Source: Vicinamibacteria bacterium
Lineage (GTDB): Bacteria > Acidobacteriota > Vicinamibacteria > Vicinamibacterales > JAENWD01
Assembly (NCBI GenBank): GCA_963743245.1
Contig: CAVUPP010000010.1
Span: 128,910-192,909, forward strand
Direction: 5' to 3'
Length of the DNA: 64,000 nt
The notes beneath the pieces are model-generated. The model was not told where the DNA came from. It searched no databases and saw only the letters and a list, made by a program, of their open reading frames with translations. The position numbers and the translations under genes were made by a program. Positions 7,908 to 17,746 of the stretch are shown in pieces (the stretch's first letter is position 1; each line of letters begins with the position of its first letter).

Positions 7908-8677
7908 TTCCCACAATGTGGTATCCCGCGTCGACCATCAGGATCTCGCCGGTGATCGCCTTGCCCGTTGGACCGAGCAGGAACGACGCGGCGTCGGCGA
8001 CTTCGGACGTCTCCACGGTGCGTCTCAATCGGCGCTTTGTCGCGATACACCTGCAGGATGCTCGAGAATCCCCCGATGCCGGATGCCGCCAGCGTCTTGA
8101 TGGGCCCAGCCGAGATCGCGTTCACGCGGATGTTCTGCGGACCGAGCTCGCTCGCCAGATAGCGCACCGACGCTTCGAGCGCGGCCTTCGCGACGCCCAT
8201 CACGTTGTAGTTGGTGAAGACGCGCTGGCTGCCGAGGTACGTCAGCGTGAGGATGCTGCCGCCGCCACGTGTCGCCATCAGCGGCGCGGCGCCCCGCGAC
8301 AATGAGATGAGCGAGTACGCACTCACGTCGAGCGCGACACGGAAACCTTCTCGCGACGTCTGCAGGAACGGTAACGCGAGATCCTCCCGCAGCGCATACG
8401 CCACGCCGTGTACCAGATAGTCCAGGCCGCCGAATTCCCGGCCCACGGCCTCGAAGAGCGCGCCAACCTGCTCGTCGTTCGTGACGTCGCAGGGCAGAAT
8501 GAGCGGGCGATCGAGGTCCGCCGCCAGCTCGCGCACGTTCTCTTCGAGCCGCTCGCCCTGATAGGTCACCGCCAGCCGGACGCCGCGTGCGTTCAGCGCC
8601 TTCGCGATCGCCCAGGCAATCGATCGCTTGTTGGCAATCCCGACGATGACGCCGAAGGTTCCGGTCAGATCGCTCAT
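7903..8677 (-). pseudogene. fabI: Enoyl-[acyl-carrier-protein] reductase (NADH) FabI, reading frame broken by one extra nt near 8029
   Basis: Track ORF 7862..8677 is FabI-like up to ...VYRDKAP, then becomes nonsense (IETHRGDVRSRRRR...). After skipping nt 8029, the next frame reads LRRTVETSEVADAASFLLGPTGKAITGEILMVDAGYHIVGT with a stop at 7903-7905, a typical FabI C-terminus. Confidence 0.85.
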
Positions 8678-8700
8678 GTCTCAAGTCCGTTGCGCAAAGA

Positions 8701-8791
8701 CGTGTTCGTTTTCGTGTTCGTATTCGGGTCCTGGTCGTCTTTCGGATTCGTTCCTTGACGAACACGAATCCGAACACGAATACGACATACG
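8701..8791. repeat. Inverted 6-nt-period array (gtgttc/gttttc/gtattc ... gaacac/gaatcc/gaatac)
   Basis: Read directly, between the fabI start (8677) and the stop of the upstream gene (8857). Confidence 0.65.
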
Positions 8792-8856
8792 TCTGAGAGT
8801 CTCAGAACAACCGGATTTACGCGAGACAGGCCACGAGGCCGTCAAAGGTGGGCGCG

Positions 8857-9537
8857 TTACTTCGAGCGCTTCTTGCCACCACGCCGCCGCGACTGCCCCT
8901 GCCGTTCTCCCTGGGCCGGTCTGGCGCGGTTCCCCTGTGAGGCATGCCCGGTCGCGGCCATGCCGTTCCCCCGCCGTCCCTTGAAATTGAACGAATTGCC
9001 CATGTCGGAGGGACCGCCCGGCATCCCGCCGCCACGCCGGCCGTGGCGGAAGCGCCCGGGCTTGGCGGCCGCCCGAATCGTGAATTCGGGTATGGGCCGC
9101 TGTTCCTTCGGCTGTCCTTCGTGCCGCGGCAGCGTGGCACGAATGAGCTGCCGATGGACCGGTCCCTCGGGCTCCTCGCCCGCCGAAGGCGCGGCGTCGT
9201 CCGAGCCATCCGCCGGCGCCGCTGCCACCGCGACGGGTTCGTCGCCGGGGGGCGCAGAATCTGGCGGAACCGGCGTCGGGGGCGCGGGTGCGACGGGCCG
9301 ACGCGGAGCGCCGCCGCTCAGGACCTCCTGGAACAAGCCGCCGGAGCCTTCCTTCTTCTTTCGCTGTGGCGGAATCTTGGCCTGCTTGTACTCGTGTTCC
9401 GCTTCACACGTGGAGCACCGGGTCTGTTTGATTTCCTGCTCGATCATTGCCACGACGACGTGATTGGTTATGCGTCGTTCACGGGGGCAATAGTCGTCGA
9501 GTATGTCACCAAGCCGAGGCTGGCGCTGTTGCATCAA
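8857..9537 (-). CDS. Hypothetical protein, N-terminal Cys-containing module plus Pro/Ala-rich linker and Arg/Gly-rich tail
   Basis: Track ORF, 226 aa. The ordered N-terminus (LGDILDDYCPRERRITNHVVVAMIEQEIKQTRCSTCEAEHEYK) is followed by low complexity. No family was recognised. Confidence 0.5.
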   Translation of the reverse strand: MMQQRQPRLGDILDDYCPRERRITNHVVVAMIEQEIKQTRCSTCEAEHEYKQAKIPPQRKKKEGSGGLFQEVLSGGAPRRPVAPAPPTPVPPDSAPPGDEPVAVAAAPADGSDDAAPSAGEEPEGPVHRQLIRATLPRHEGQPKEQRPIPEFTIRAAAKPGRFRHGRRGGGMPGGPSDMGNSFNFKGRRGNGMAATGHASQGNRARPAQGERQGQSRRRGGKKRSK

Positions 9538-9631
9538 CCCTCCCGAAGGGGTGCGATCGAGGTACGCGGGATTGGGCGCAGGTCGGAAAGTCTAGCAGAG
9601 CTACGCAGTTGGAGCAACAAACCTCCGGCGA

Positions 9632-11023
9632 TCAGCGGTTGCGCACACGCTCATCGGCCACGAACCGCCCGAGCTCTTGCAAGGCCGCCGCCACGGCGTC
9701 CGGATGGGTGGATTGCGGCGTCCGGCGCGCCGCCACCGAGGCCGTCGCGGTCACGCGGTCGATGACGTCCGCCTGAAACAGGTCGCTGTAGCGCTGCCAT
9801 TCCACCAGTGTCAGAGATTCGAAGTCCCGGCCCTCGTCGAGCAGCCGGCGGGTCATGAGTCCGACCAATTCGTGCGCCCGCCGGAACGGCAGGCCCCGCG
9901 ATACCAGGTAATCCGCAACATCCGTTGCAAGGAGCAGGCCTGCCGCGGCCGGAGTCGTCCGGTCTGCATCGATGCGCAAGCCTCGGACGACGACGGCGAC
10001 TGACTCGAGGCAGCCGGTCAATGTCGCATCCGCGTCGAAGACCGCTTCCTTGTCCTCCTGCAGATCCTTGTTGTACCCGCTGGGCAGCCCCTTCATCGTC
10101 GCGAGGAATCCCGCGAGCCGGCCTATCGTGCGACCCGTCTTCCCGCGCACGAGCTCGAGCGGGTCCGGATTCTTCTTCTGCGGCATCATGCTGCTGCCGG
10201 TGGACGCTTCGTCGGACAACTCGAAGAAGCCGTGTTCCTCGCCGCTGAAGATGATGATGTCTTCGGCAAATCGGCTCAGGTGGACCATCGACAGCGTGCA
10301 GGCGTGCAGGAAGGCGGAGGCGAAGTCGCGATCGGCCGATGCGTCGATGCTGTTCGTCACCACCCGCGAAAATCCGAGCGCCGACGCCAGGGCGGCCGTG
10401 TCGATGGCGTAGTTGGTGCCCGCAACCGCACCCGATCCGAGCGGAAGCGCGTCGGCTTCCGCCGCAGCCTCTCCCAGTCTGGCGTGGTCGCGACGCAGCG
10501 CGGCAGCGTGCGCGAGAAGGAAATGCGCCACCAGCACGGGCTGTGCGCGCCGCAGGTGCGTATACGCCGGCATCAACGTTGTGCCCGCTTTGCCGGCGAG
10601 CGTGAAAAGGGCCTCGAGGACGTCGAGCACCTGGCGCTGGAGCGCGACAATCCGGCGGCGCAGGTAGAGGCGCAGGTCCAGGGAAACCTGTTCGTTCCTC
10701 GAGCGTCCGGTGTGGAGCCGCCGTCCGGGATCGCCGATGCGTTCGACGAGCTGCCGTTCTACGAAGGAATGCACGTCCTCGTCTGGACCCGCGACCCACG
10801 CCGGATCGGCCGTGCCGCGCTCCAGGATTTCGGTCAGCGCGCCGGTGATGGCGCGCGCATCCTCAGGCGACAGGACCCGCGCAGTGAGCAGCGCGTCGGC
10901 CCACGCCAGACTCCCACGCACATCGTCCTCGAACAGGCGACGGTCGAATGGGAACGAGGCACCAAACTCGAAAACCGCGGCGTCGGGCGCCGTGTCGAAC
11001 CGGCCAGACCACAGCGTAGACAT
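9632..11023 (-). CDS. argH: Argininosuccinate lyase
   Basis: Track ORF, 463 aa. MSTLWSGRF, the lyase signature GSSMMPQKKNPD and full-length collinearity with ArgH. Confidence 0.95.
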   Translation of the reverse strand: MSTLWSGRFDTAPDAAVFEFGASFPFDRRLFEDDVRGSLAWADALLTARVLSPEDARAITGALTEILERGTADPAWVAGPDEDVHSFVERQLVERIGDPGRRLHTGRSRNEQVSLDLRLYLRRRIVALQRQVLDVLEALFTLAGKAGTTLMPAYTHLRRAQPVLVAHFLLAHAAALRRDHARLGEAAAEADALPLGSGAVAGTNYAIDTAALASALGFSRVVTNSIDASADRDFASAFLHACTLSMVHLSRFAEDIIIFSGEEHGFFELSDEASTGSSMMPQKKNPDPLELVRGKTGRTIGRLAGFLATMKGLPSGYNKDLQEDKEAVFDADATLTGCLESVAVVVRGLRIDADRTTPAAAGLLLATDVADYLVSRGLPFRRAHELVGLMTRRLLDEGRDFESLTLVEWQRYSDLFQADVIDRVTATASVAARRTPQSTHPDAVAAALQELGRFVADERVRNR

Positions 11024-11025
11024 GT

Positions 11026-12255
11026 TCAGACTTTCGCGGGCGGAACGGCCGGCGCGTCGGCGTGATCCTGCTTCGCCGCGCGTGCGGCGATCTCGACGGG
11101 GCCGCCCAGCATCCGCACGAAGCCTGCCGCTGCCGTCCGGTCGAACTGGTCGCCGCCTGCGTGCGTGGCCAGCGCGGCCTCATATTGCGCAAACGGAGAC
11201 GTGCGTCCGACGACGCGGACGTCGCCGTGGAACAGCTTCACGCGAACAGTACCAGTGACACGTTGCTGGACGCGCGCGACGAAAGCGTCGAGCGCATCCC
11301 GCGTGGGCGTGAACCACCGGCCGTCGTACACCAGGTCGGCGTACGCGTTGGCGACGACGTCGGACAGTCTCGCGAGATCGCGGCCCGTGACGAAGCGCTC
11401 GAGATCTCGGTGCGCCGCATGCAGCACCGTAGCCGCCGGCGCTTCGTAGATCTCACGGGTCTTGATCCCGACAATTCGGTTCTCGACCATGTCGATCCGC
11501 CCGACGCCATGGTCGCCAGCGATCGTCGTCAGCGCGTCCACGAGCTCGACGAGCGGCATCGTGACCCCGTTGACCGAGACGGGAACGCCCTGCGCGAATC
11601 CCACCTCGACGTAGGCGGGTTCACCGGCGCACGCGGCGGGCTCGCGGGTCAGCGCGAAGATCTCGGCCGGCGCTTCCTGCCAGGGATCGTCGAGCACACC
11701 GCACTGAACCGACCGGCCCCAGAGATTGGTGTCGATGCTGTACACAGGATCGGTTGCACCGGTCATGGCGATGCCGCGGGCGCGCGCGAAGGCAAGTTCC
11801 TCGGCGCGGTTCATTCCCCAATCACGAGCCGGTGCGAGTACCGTCAGCGCGGGATCGAGCGCCCGGATCGACAGCTCGAGTCGCACCTGGTTATTGCCCT
11901 TTGCGGTCCCGCCGTGCGCGACCGTGGATGCGCCTTCCATCCTCGCGATTTCCACGAGGCGCCGGGCGATGAGCGGGCGTGCCAGCGCCGACGCGAGCGG
12001 ATAGTGCCCCTCGTAGAGCGCGCCAGCCTGCAGCGCCGGCAGGACGTACTCTCGCGCGAACTCGTCCTGGCAATCAAGCACATGGCAGCGAGCGGCTCCC
12101 GCCCCACGCGCACGCGCCCGCACGTGTTCGAGCTCTTTGCCCTGACCAAGGTCGAGCGTGACCGTCACGACCTCCGCGCCCAGATGCTCCACGAGCCAGG
12201 GGATGGCAACGGACGTATCGAGGCCGCCGGAATACGCGAGAACGATGCGAAGCAT
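11026..12255 (-). CDS. argG: Argininosuccinate synthase
   Basis: Track ORF, 409 aa. AYSGGLDTS (the N-type ATP-PPase motif), GATGKGNDQ-like AHGGTAKGNNQVR and DTNLWGRS. It ends 2 nt before the argH start. Confidence 0.95.
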   Translation of the reverse strand: MLRIVLAYSGGLDTSVAIPWLVEHLGAEVVTVTLDLGQGKELEHVRARARGAGAARCHVLDCQDEFAREYVLPALQAGALYEGHYPLASALARPLIARRLVEIARMEGASTVAHGGTAKGNNQVRLELSIRALDPALTVLAPARDWGMNRAEELAFARARGIAMTGATDPVYSIDTNLWGRSVQCGVLDDPWQEAPAEIFALTREPAACAGEPAYVEVGFAQGVPVSVNGVTMPLVELVDALTTIAGDHGVGRIDMVENRIVGIKTREIYEAPAATVLHAAHRDLERFVTGRDLARLSDVVANAYADLVYDGRWFTPTRDALDAFVARVQQRVTGTVRVKLFHGDVRVVGRTSPFAQYEAALATHAGGDQFDRTAAAGFVRMLGGPVEIAARAAKQDHADAPAVPPAKV

Positions 12256-12256
12256 T

Positions 12257-12346
12257 TTCAGGTTACAGACTTCAGGCTACAGACTTCAGACTTCAGGCTA
12301 CAGGCTACAGGCCAGCTACGAACTACGAACTACCAACTACCAACTA
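12257..12346. repeat. 7-nt-period array (cagactt x2, caggcta x2, ctacgaa x2, ctaccaa x2)
   Basis: Read directly, between the argR stop (12350) and the argG start (12255). Confidence 0.7.
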
Positions 12347-12349
12347 GAT

Positions 12350-12802
12350 TCATCTCCCAATGATGTCGCCGACGCGATCGGCGAACGCGACGGCCCGCCG
12401 GGCATCGCGGAGTATCACGAGGATGGTGTCGTCTCCAGCGATCGTGCCCACCACATCCGGAAGCAAGGCCCGGTCGATGGCAATAGCGGTCGGATTTGCC
12501 TGCGCCGGCGGTGTCTTGAGGACCACGAACTGCTGCACCCGGTCCACCTGGGTCACTGAGTCCGCAATCGCCCGCGTCATCGCCCCTGGGGCGCCGGACG
12601 GCGTGACGACCGCGCCAGTCGCGCGCTGGTACGCCCCGTCAGCAGCGCGTTTGACGAGCCCGAGCTCCTTGATATCCCGCGAAATCGTGGCCTGCGTGGC
12701 ATCGAGCCCGGCCGCATGGAGCCCTTTCCGGAGCTGTTCCTGGTTCCGAATGGGCTCGCGGTCCAGGAGCTGAAGAATGATGGCTTGTCGTCGTGCCTTC
12801 AT
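12350..12802 (-). CDS. argR: Arginine repressor
   Basis: Track ORF, 150 aa. The N-terminal winged helix (RQAIILQLLDREPIRNQEQLRKGLHAAGLDATQATISRDIKELGLVK) and the C-terminal GTIAGDDTILV motif are typical of ArgR/AhrC. Confidence 0.9.
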   Translation of the reverse strand: MKARRQAIILQLLDREPIRNQEQLRKGLHAAGLDATQATISRDIKELGLVKRAADGAYQRATGAVVTPSGAPGAMTRAIADSVTQVDRVQQFVVLKTPPAQANPTAIAIDRALLPDVVGTIAGDDTILVILRDARRAVAFADRVGDIIGR

Positions 12803-12927
12803 GAATATTCACCGGGACGAAAGAGTATACACGAGTGGATTACCCGGATGCCACGCCCCTAACGGTCGCGCCACAAAATTTACTTGATCCACCGTACGGC
12901 AGGCCGTATACTTATCCGCTCCACTGG

Positions 12928-13941
12928 ATGAAACAGGACGCCATGGGGCAGGACGGACCAGTCAGAGTCGGAATAGCGGGCGCGACCGGGTATGCCGGGC
13001 AGGAACTGCTGCGCCTGCTGGCCCGCCATCCTGGAGCGGCGGTGACGACCGCGATGGGCTCGAGCGCCACCAGCTCGCCTCGCGACCTGCCAGCGCTCTC
13101 CCACTTGTGGTCGGGGCACGTCGTGCCGCTCGACCTCGATGTCCTGGCTTCCGAGGCTGACGCCGTCTTCCTGGCGCTGCCAGAGGAGGCCTCGGCCGCG
13201 GTGGCGCCACAGCTTCTGGCCCGCGGGCACCGGGTCTTCGACCTCTCGGGCGCGTTCCGGCTGAGGGACGAGCAGGCGCGGGCGAAGTGGTACCCCGACA
13301 CCAGGCAGCTGCCTGAGGGGACGCTGTACGGCCTCACCGAGCACGCCAGGCAGGGTATGGCGTCCGCGCGGCTGATCTCGTGCCCGGGCTGTTATCCGAC
13401 GGCCGCCGCGCTGGCGATCAAGCCCCTGGTCGCAGCAGGCCTGGTTGCCGGCGACATCGTCATCGACGCGAAGTCTGGTGTATCGGGCGCCGGCAAGACG
13501 CCCACCGAGCGCACCCACTTCTCCGAAGCGCACGGCAGCGTGTCGGCCTACAAGGTGTTCGCCCATCGGCATGCCGCCGAAATCGAGCAGGAGGTCGGTC
13601 GGCCGGTCACGTTCGTGCCGCACCTGGTGCCGCTCGATCGCGGCATCCTCGAGACGATTTACCTCCGTGTGCCGCAGGGCACGACCGACGCGACGATTGC
13701 CGCCGCATATGCCGCCGCATACGCCGGCGCCTGCTTCGTGCGCATCACCGGCACGACGCTACCGGTCATCAAGCAGGTGGCATGGTCGAACTTCTGTGAC
13801 ATCGGTTGGGCGCTCGACGAGCCGACGAGCCGCCTCGTGGTCGTTTCAGTCATCGACAACCTCGTCAAGGGCGCCGCCGGGCAAGCCGTTCAGAACTTCA
13901 ACGTCGTCTACGGCTTCAACGAGCGGACGGGACTCGTGTGA
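12928..13941 (+). CDS. argC: N-acetyl-gamma-glutamyl-phosphate reductase
   Basis: Track ORF 12835..13941. VGIAGATGYAGQELLRLL, an active-site Cys in SCPGCYPTA, and VIDNLVKGAAGQAVQN. ATGs at 12928 or 12943 are more plausible starts than the GTG at 12835. Confidence 0.9.
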   Translation: MKQDAMGQDGPVRVGIAGATGYAGQELLRLLARHPGAAVTTAMGSSATSSPRDLPALSHLWSGHVVPLDLDVLASEADAVFLALPEEASAAVAPQLLARGHRVFDLSGAFRLRDEQARAKWYPDTRQLPEGTLYGLTEHARQGMASARLISCPGCYPTAAALAIKPLVAAGLVAGDIVIDAKSGVSGAGKTPTERTHFSEAHGSVSAYKVFAHRHAAEIEQEVGRPVTFVPHLVPLDRGILETIYLRVPQGTTDATIAAAYAAAYAGACFVRITGTTLPVIKQVAWSNFCDIGWALDEPTSRLVVVSVIDNLVKGAAGQAVQNFNVVYGFNERTGLV

Positions 13942-14768
13942 TGTCGCGGCACGGCTGGCGGATTCTGAAGGTCGGCGGCGAGTTGCTCGAAGACGAGGTC
14001 CGGCTCCGCGGCCTCGCGGCTGTCGTCGCACGTGTTTCCTCGCTGCTGCCGTTGACGGTGGTGCACGGCGGCGGCAGGGAGATCGATCGGGCGCTTGCAC
14101 GCGCCGGCATTGCGAAACACCAGGTGGACGGTCTGCGCGTCACCGATGCCGACACGCTGGACGTCGTCGTCAGCGTCCTCGCGGGCAGCGTGAACACCCG
14201 TTTCGTCGCAGCGATCAACGCGGCGGGCGGCAAGGCCGTCGGCCTCACGGGCGCCGATGCCGGGCTCGCGCTGGCGGAGCGCGCGGCGCCGCACGTGACG
14301 GTGGCCGGCGAGACGGTGGATTTGGGATTGGTGGGCGAACCGATCGGTCAACGGTGGCCGCGACTGCTCGTCGATCTCGGAGGCAACGGCTACGTGCCGG
14401 TCGTGGCCAGTATCGGCATGAGCCCGCAGGGCGGCTTGTTGAACGTGAACGCCGATACGCTCGCGGCGCATCTCGCGGGCCGGCTCGCCGTCGCCCGGCT
14501 GGTCATCGCGGGCGGCACGGCTGGCGTGCTCGACGAGGATGGCAAGACGATTCCCCGGCTCGATCGTGAAGCGGTGCAGGCGCTGATCCGGTCGGGTGTG
14601 GCCAATGCGGGGATGGTGGCGAAGCTGCGCGCCTGCGAGCAAGCGCTGACGCACGGCGCGGCAGAGGTCGTGCTCATCGACGGCCGTGATCCGATGGCCG
14701 TGGAAGCCATGCTCATCGCGGCGCCGGGCGAACTGCCGGCGGTGCCGACAACGCGAATGGTGGCCTGA
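13941..14768 (+). CDS. argB: Acetylglutamate kinase
   Basis: In-frame ATG at 13941 (GTG at 13938), overlapping the argC stop (TGATG). ILKVGGELL, VVHGGG, NVNADT and MVAKLRAC are ArgB-like. Confidence 0.9.
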   Translation: MSRHGWRILKVGGELLEDEVRLRGLAAVVARVSSLLPLTVVHGGGREIDRALARAGIAKHQVDGLRVTDADTLDVVVSVLAGSVNTRFVAAINAAGGKAVGLTGADAGLALAERAAPHVTVAGETVDLGLVGEPIGQRWPRLLVDLGGNGYVPVVASIGMSPQGGLLNVNADTLAAHLAGRLAVARLVIAGGTAGVLDEDGKTIPRLDREAVQALIRSGVANAGMVAKLRACEQALTHGAAEVVLIDGRDPMAVEAMLIAAPGELPAVPTTRMVA

Positions 14769-14769
14769 C

Positions 14770-15993
14770 GTGACTCCAGTACCGACCGAGACCGTGTCTG
14801 CATCCGACATCATCGCTCGCGAGACCGCGCACGTCGTCCAGGTCTACCGCCGTGCACCGATCGTGATCGCGCGCGGGCGTGGCGTCTATCTCTATGACCT
14901 GGACGGACGCGAGTATCTCGACCTCATTTCGGGCGTCGGTGTGGCTTCGCTCGGACACGCGAACCCGGATCTCGCTCGGATCGTGGCCGAGCAGTCCTCG
15001 GAACTGCTGCACTGCTCGAATCTCTTCTTCCATCCCTACCAGGGAGTGCTCGCCGAAAGGCTGGCGGCGTTGTCGGGGCTGCCGCGGACGTTCTTCTGCA
15101 ACAGCGGCACCGAGGCGGTCGAAGCCTGCCTCAAGTTCGCCCGCCGGTCGTGGTTCACCGCTGGCGATCGCGCCAGGACGAGCATCGTCGCCCTCCAGGG
15201 ATCGTTCCATGGCCGGACGATGGGCTCGTTGTCGGTGACCGCGGATCCACACTACCGCGATCCGTTCGGGCCGCTGCTCGGACCCGTCACCTTCGTCACG
15301 CCGAACGACGATGCGGCGATCGCCGCCGCGATTACCCCGGAGACGGCCGTAGTGGTGCTCGAGCCGATCCAGGGTGAGGGCGGCGTGCGTCCGCTGACGC
15401 CGGCTTTTGCCCGGGTGGTTCAGGAGGCCTGCGACCGGACGGGAACGCTCCTCATCTGCGACGAGGTGCAGTCGGGCCTCGGCCGTACGGGCGTGGGATT
15501 CGCCTTTCAGGAGCTGGGTCTGCGGCCGTCGCTTGTCGCGATCGGGAAGGCACTCGGCGCCGGTATTCCAATCGGAGCCGCGCTGATCAGCGAGGACGTC
15601 GCATCACGCCTGAGCCCGGGGGACCACGGCAGCACCTATGGGGGCAACCTGCTCGCGTGCCGGGCGGGCCTGTTCTTCGTGGACCAGCTCCTGTCGGGCG
15701 GTCTGCTCGCCGACGTCACCCGCGTCGGACAACACCTGGGACGTCAGCTGTCGGCGCTCGCCGGGAAACACGCGATCGTCCGCGAAGTACGCGGCCGCGG
15801 GTTGATGTGGGGGCTGGATCTCGATCGTCCTGCTGCGGCGGTCGTCGACGCGGCGCGGGAGGGCGGCCTGCTGGTGAATGCGACGGCCGGAACGGTGGTC
15901 CGACTGTTGCCGCCGCTCACGATCACCGAAACAGAGGTGGACGAGGCGGTGTCGCGCCTCGATGCCGCGCTGGGCGCGGCCGCTAGGAGCTGA
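14770..15993 (+). CDS. argD: Acetylornithine aminotransferase
   Basis: GTG at 14770, immediately after the argB stop. Class-III aminotransferase motifs are present: SGTEAVEACLKFAR, LICDEVQSGLGRTG and the PLP-lysine context IGKALG. Confidence 0.9.
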   Translation: MTPVPTETVSASDIIARETAHVVQVYRRAPIVIARGRGVYLYDLDGREYLDLISGVGVASLGHANPDLARIVAEQSSELLHCSNLFFHPYQGVLAERLAALSGLPRTFFCNSGTEAVEACLKFARRSWFTAGDRARTSIVALQGSFHGRTMGSLSVTADPHYRDPFGPLLGPVTFVTPNDDAAIAAAITPETAVVVLEPIQGEGGVRPLTPAFARVVQEACDRTGTLLICDEVQSGLGRTGVGFAFQELGLRPSLVAIGKALGAGIPIGAALISEDVASRLSPGDHGSTYGGNLLACRAGLFFVDQLLSGGLLADVTRVGQHLGRQLSALAGKHAIVREVRGRGLMWGLDLDRPAAAVVDAAREGGLLVNATAGTVVRLLPPLTITETEVDEAVSRLDAALGAAARS

Positions 15994-15998
15994 CTGAC

Positions 15999-16541
15999 GT
16001 GCTGAGCATGATCGAACGGACGCCGGCGTCCGTGCGCGCCTTTCCCGATGTCCTCGCCCTCCGTCAGGCGACCGAGGACGATGTGCGGGCGATCCACGCC
16101 CTGGTAGACCGGCACGTGGCGACCGGCCATCTGCTGCCGCGGGCGAGCGACGAGATTCGGTCGCACTGCGATCGGTTCGTCGTCGCGACGATGAACGGCG
16201 ACGTGGTGGGGTGTGCCGAACTGGCGCCACTCAGCCCGCAGGTAGCGGAGGTCAGGTCGCTCGTCGTCGAAGCCGACGCCCGGGGTATGGGATTCGGCCG
16301 CCGGATGGTGGACGCCCTGATCGCGCGGGCGACCGAGCTCGGTTACGCGCGTCTGTGCGCGTTTACGCACCAGCCGGGCTACTTCGTGAGGCTTGGCTTC
16401 TCGATCGTCCCGCACCTGTGGCTTCGCGAAAAGGTGTTCACGGATTGCGTGGGATGCCCGCTGTTCCGCGGATGCGGACAGCAGGCGGTCGTCGTGTCGC
16501 TCGAGCAGCACGCGGCGCGTTCCATCGGGGCGGTGGCGTGA
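15999..16541 (+). CDS. GNAT-family N-acetyltransferase resembling short-form N-acetylglutamate synthase
   Basis: Track ORF, 180 aa. It has the GNAT core (VRSLVVEADARGMGFGRRMVDALI) and the C-terminal Cys cluster KVFTDCVGCPLFRGCGQ seen in ArgA C-terminal domains and short NAGS. It sits between argD and argJ. Confidence 0.65.
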   Translation: MLSMIERTPASVRAFPDVLALRQATEDDVRAIHALVDRHVATGHLLPRASDEIRSHCDRFVVATMNGDVVGCAELAPLSPQVAEVRSLVVEADARGMGFGRRMVDALIARATELGYARLCAFTHQPGYFVRLGFSIVPHLWLREKVFTDCVGCPLFRGCGQQAVVVSLEQHAARSIGAVA

Positions 16542-17746
16542 CGATTCAGGAGATGGCGGGCGGCATTACGACGCCTGCCGGCTTCCGCGTGGCCGGCGTG
16601 TCGGCCGGGATCAAGGCGTCCGGCGCACCCGACCTGGCGCTGATTGTCCCGGACCGTCCTGCGGCGGGCGCGGCACTGTTCACGACCAATCAGGTCCAGG
16701 CGGCGCCAGTGACCGTGTCGCGCGAGCACCTGACGAAGTCCGGCGGACGAGTCGCGGGCGTACTCGTGAACAGCGGATGCGCGAACGCGTGCACGGGGAC
16801 GTCCGGCCTTGCTGTCGCACGCGCGTCGGCAGGCCGGCTCGCGTCGGCACTGGGATGTCCATCCGAGCAGATCCTCGTCGCATCGACCGGCGTCATTGGT
16901 GTGGGACTGCAGCTCGACGCCGTTGAAGCCGGCATCGGCCGCGCGATGGGCGCGCTCGCCCGGGATGGGCATCCTGCAGCGCGGGCCATCATGACGACCG
17001 ACCTGGGCCCGAAGGAAGCGGCTGCGCAGGTGGAGACCGCGGACGGCGCGTTCTCGGTCGGCGGCATGGCCAAGGGCGCCGGAATGATCGAGCCGATGCT
17101 CGCGACGATGCTGGCGTTCGTGACGACCGATGTGTCGGTCGAGTCTCCGGTTCTTGCGCGTGCGCTCGACGAGGCGGTCGCATCGACGTTCAACGCCATC
17201 ACCGTGGACGGCGAGTGCTCCACGAACGACACCATCGTGGCGCTGGCGAGCGGAGCCAGTGGGGTGACGGTGACAGAGTCGCGCAACTATCCGGCACTCG
17301 TCCACGGGCTGACGGCGGTCTGTCGAACGCTGGCGCTCATGATCGTGCGGGGTGGTGAGGGCGCGACGAAGCTCGTGTCCATCAAGGTCACGGGCGCGGA
17401 TTCAGTGGCGAGCGCGCGGCGGGTCGCGAAGACGATCGCCAACTCCCCGCTCGTGAAGACCGCCGTGCACGGCGGCGATCCCAACTGGGGCCGCCTGGTC
17501 GCGGCGGCCGGACGCTCGGGCGTCCCGTTTGCGATCGATCGGGCGCTCGTGCGAGTCGGTCCGGTTGTCCTGTTCCGGGACGGACAGCCCTACGACGAGG
17601 CTGCGCCGCGAGCCGCTGACTATCTGCGCGGCACCGACATCGACATCGAGATCAACGTGGGCGCCGGTGGCTCCGGCGAAGCCACGGTGTGGACCTGTGA
17701 CCTCAGCGCCGAGTACGTGCGCATCAATGGGGAGTACCGGACATGA
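16538..17746 (+). CDS. argJ: Bifunctional ornithine acetyltransferase / N-acetylglutamate synthase
   Basis: GTG at 16538 (GTGA overlap with the upstream stop) or ATG at 16553. GITTPAGFRVAGVSAGIK, the autoprocessing site context MLATMLAFVTTD, and the end INGEYRT. Confidence 0.9.
   Translation: MTIQEMAGGITTPAGFRVAGVSAGIKASGAPDLALIVPDRPAAGAALFTTNQVQAAPVTVSREHLTKSGGRVAGVLVNSGCANACTGTSGLAVARASAGRLASALGCPSEQILVASTGVIGVGLQLDAVEAGIGRAMGALARDGHPAARAIMTTDLGPKEAAAQVETADGAFSVGGMAKGAGMIEPMLATMLAFVTTDVSVESPVLARALDEAVASTFNAITVDGECSTNDTIVALASGASGVTVTESRNYPALVHGLTAVCRTLALMIVRGGEGATKLVSIKVTGADSVASARRVAKTIANSPLVKTAVHGGDPNWGRLVAAAGRSGVPFAIDRALVRVGPVVLFRDGQPYDEAAPRAADYLRGTDIDIEINVGAGGSGEATVWTCDLSAEYVRINGEYRT

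Noticed and set aside
12835-12927. An extended ArgC N-terminus from the GTG at 12835 (MDYPDATPLTVAPQ...)
   Set aside because: The extension covers the AT-richer divergent promoter region. ArgC homologues begin close to the GxxGxxG motif (VGIAGATGYAG), so an ATG at 12928 or 12943 is preferred.
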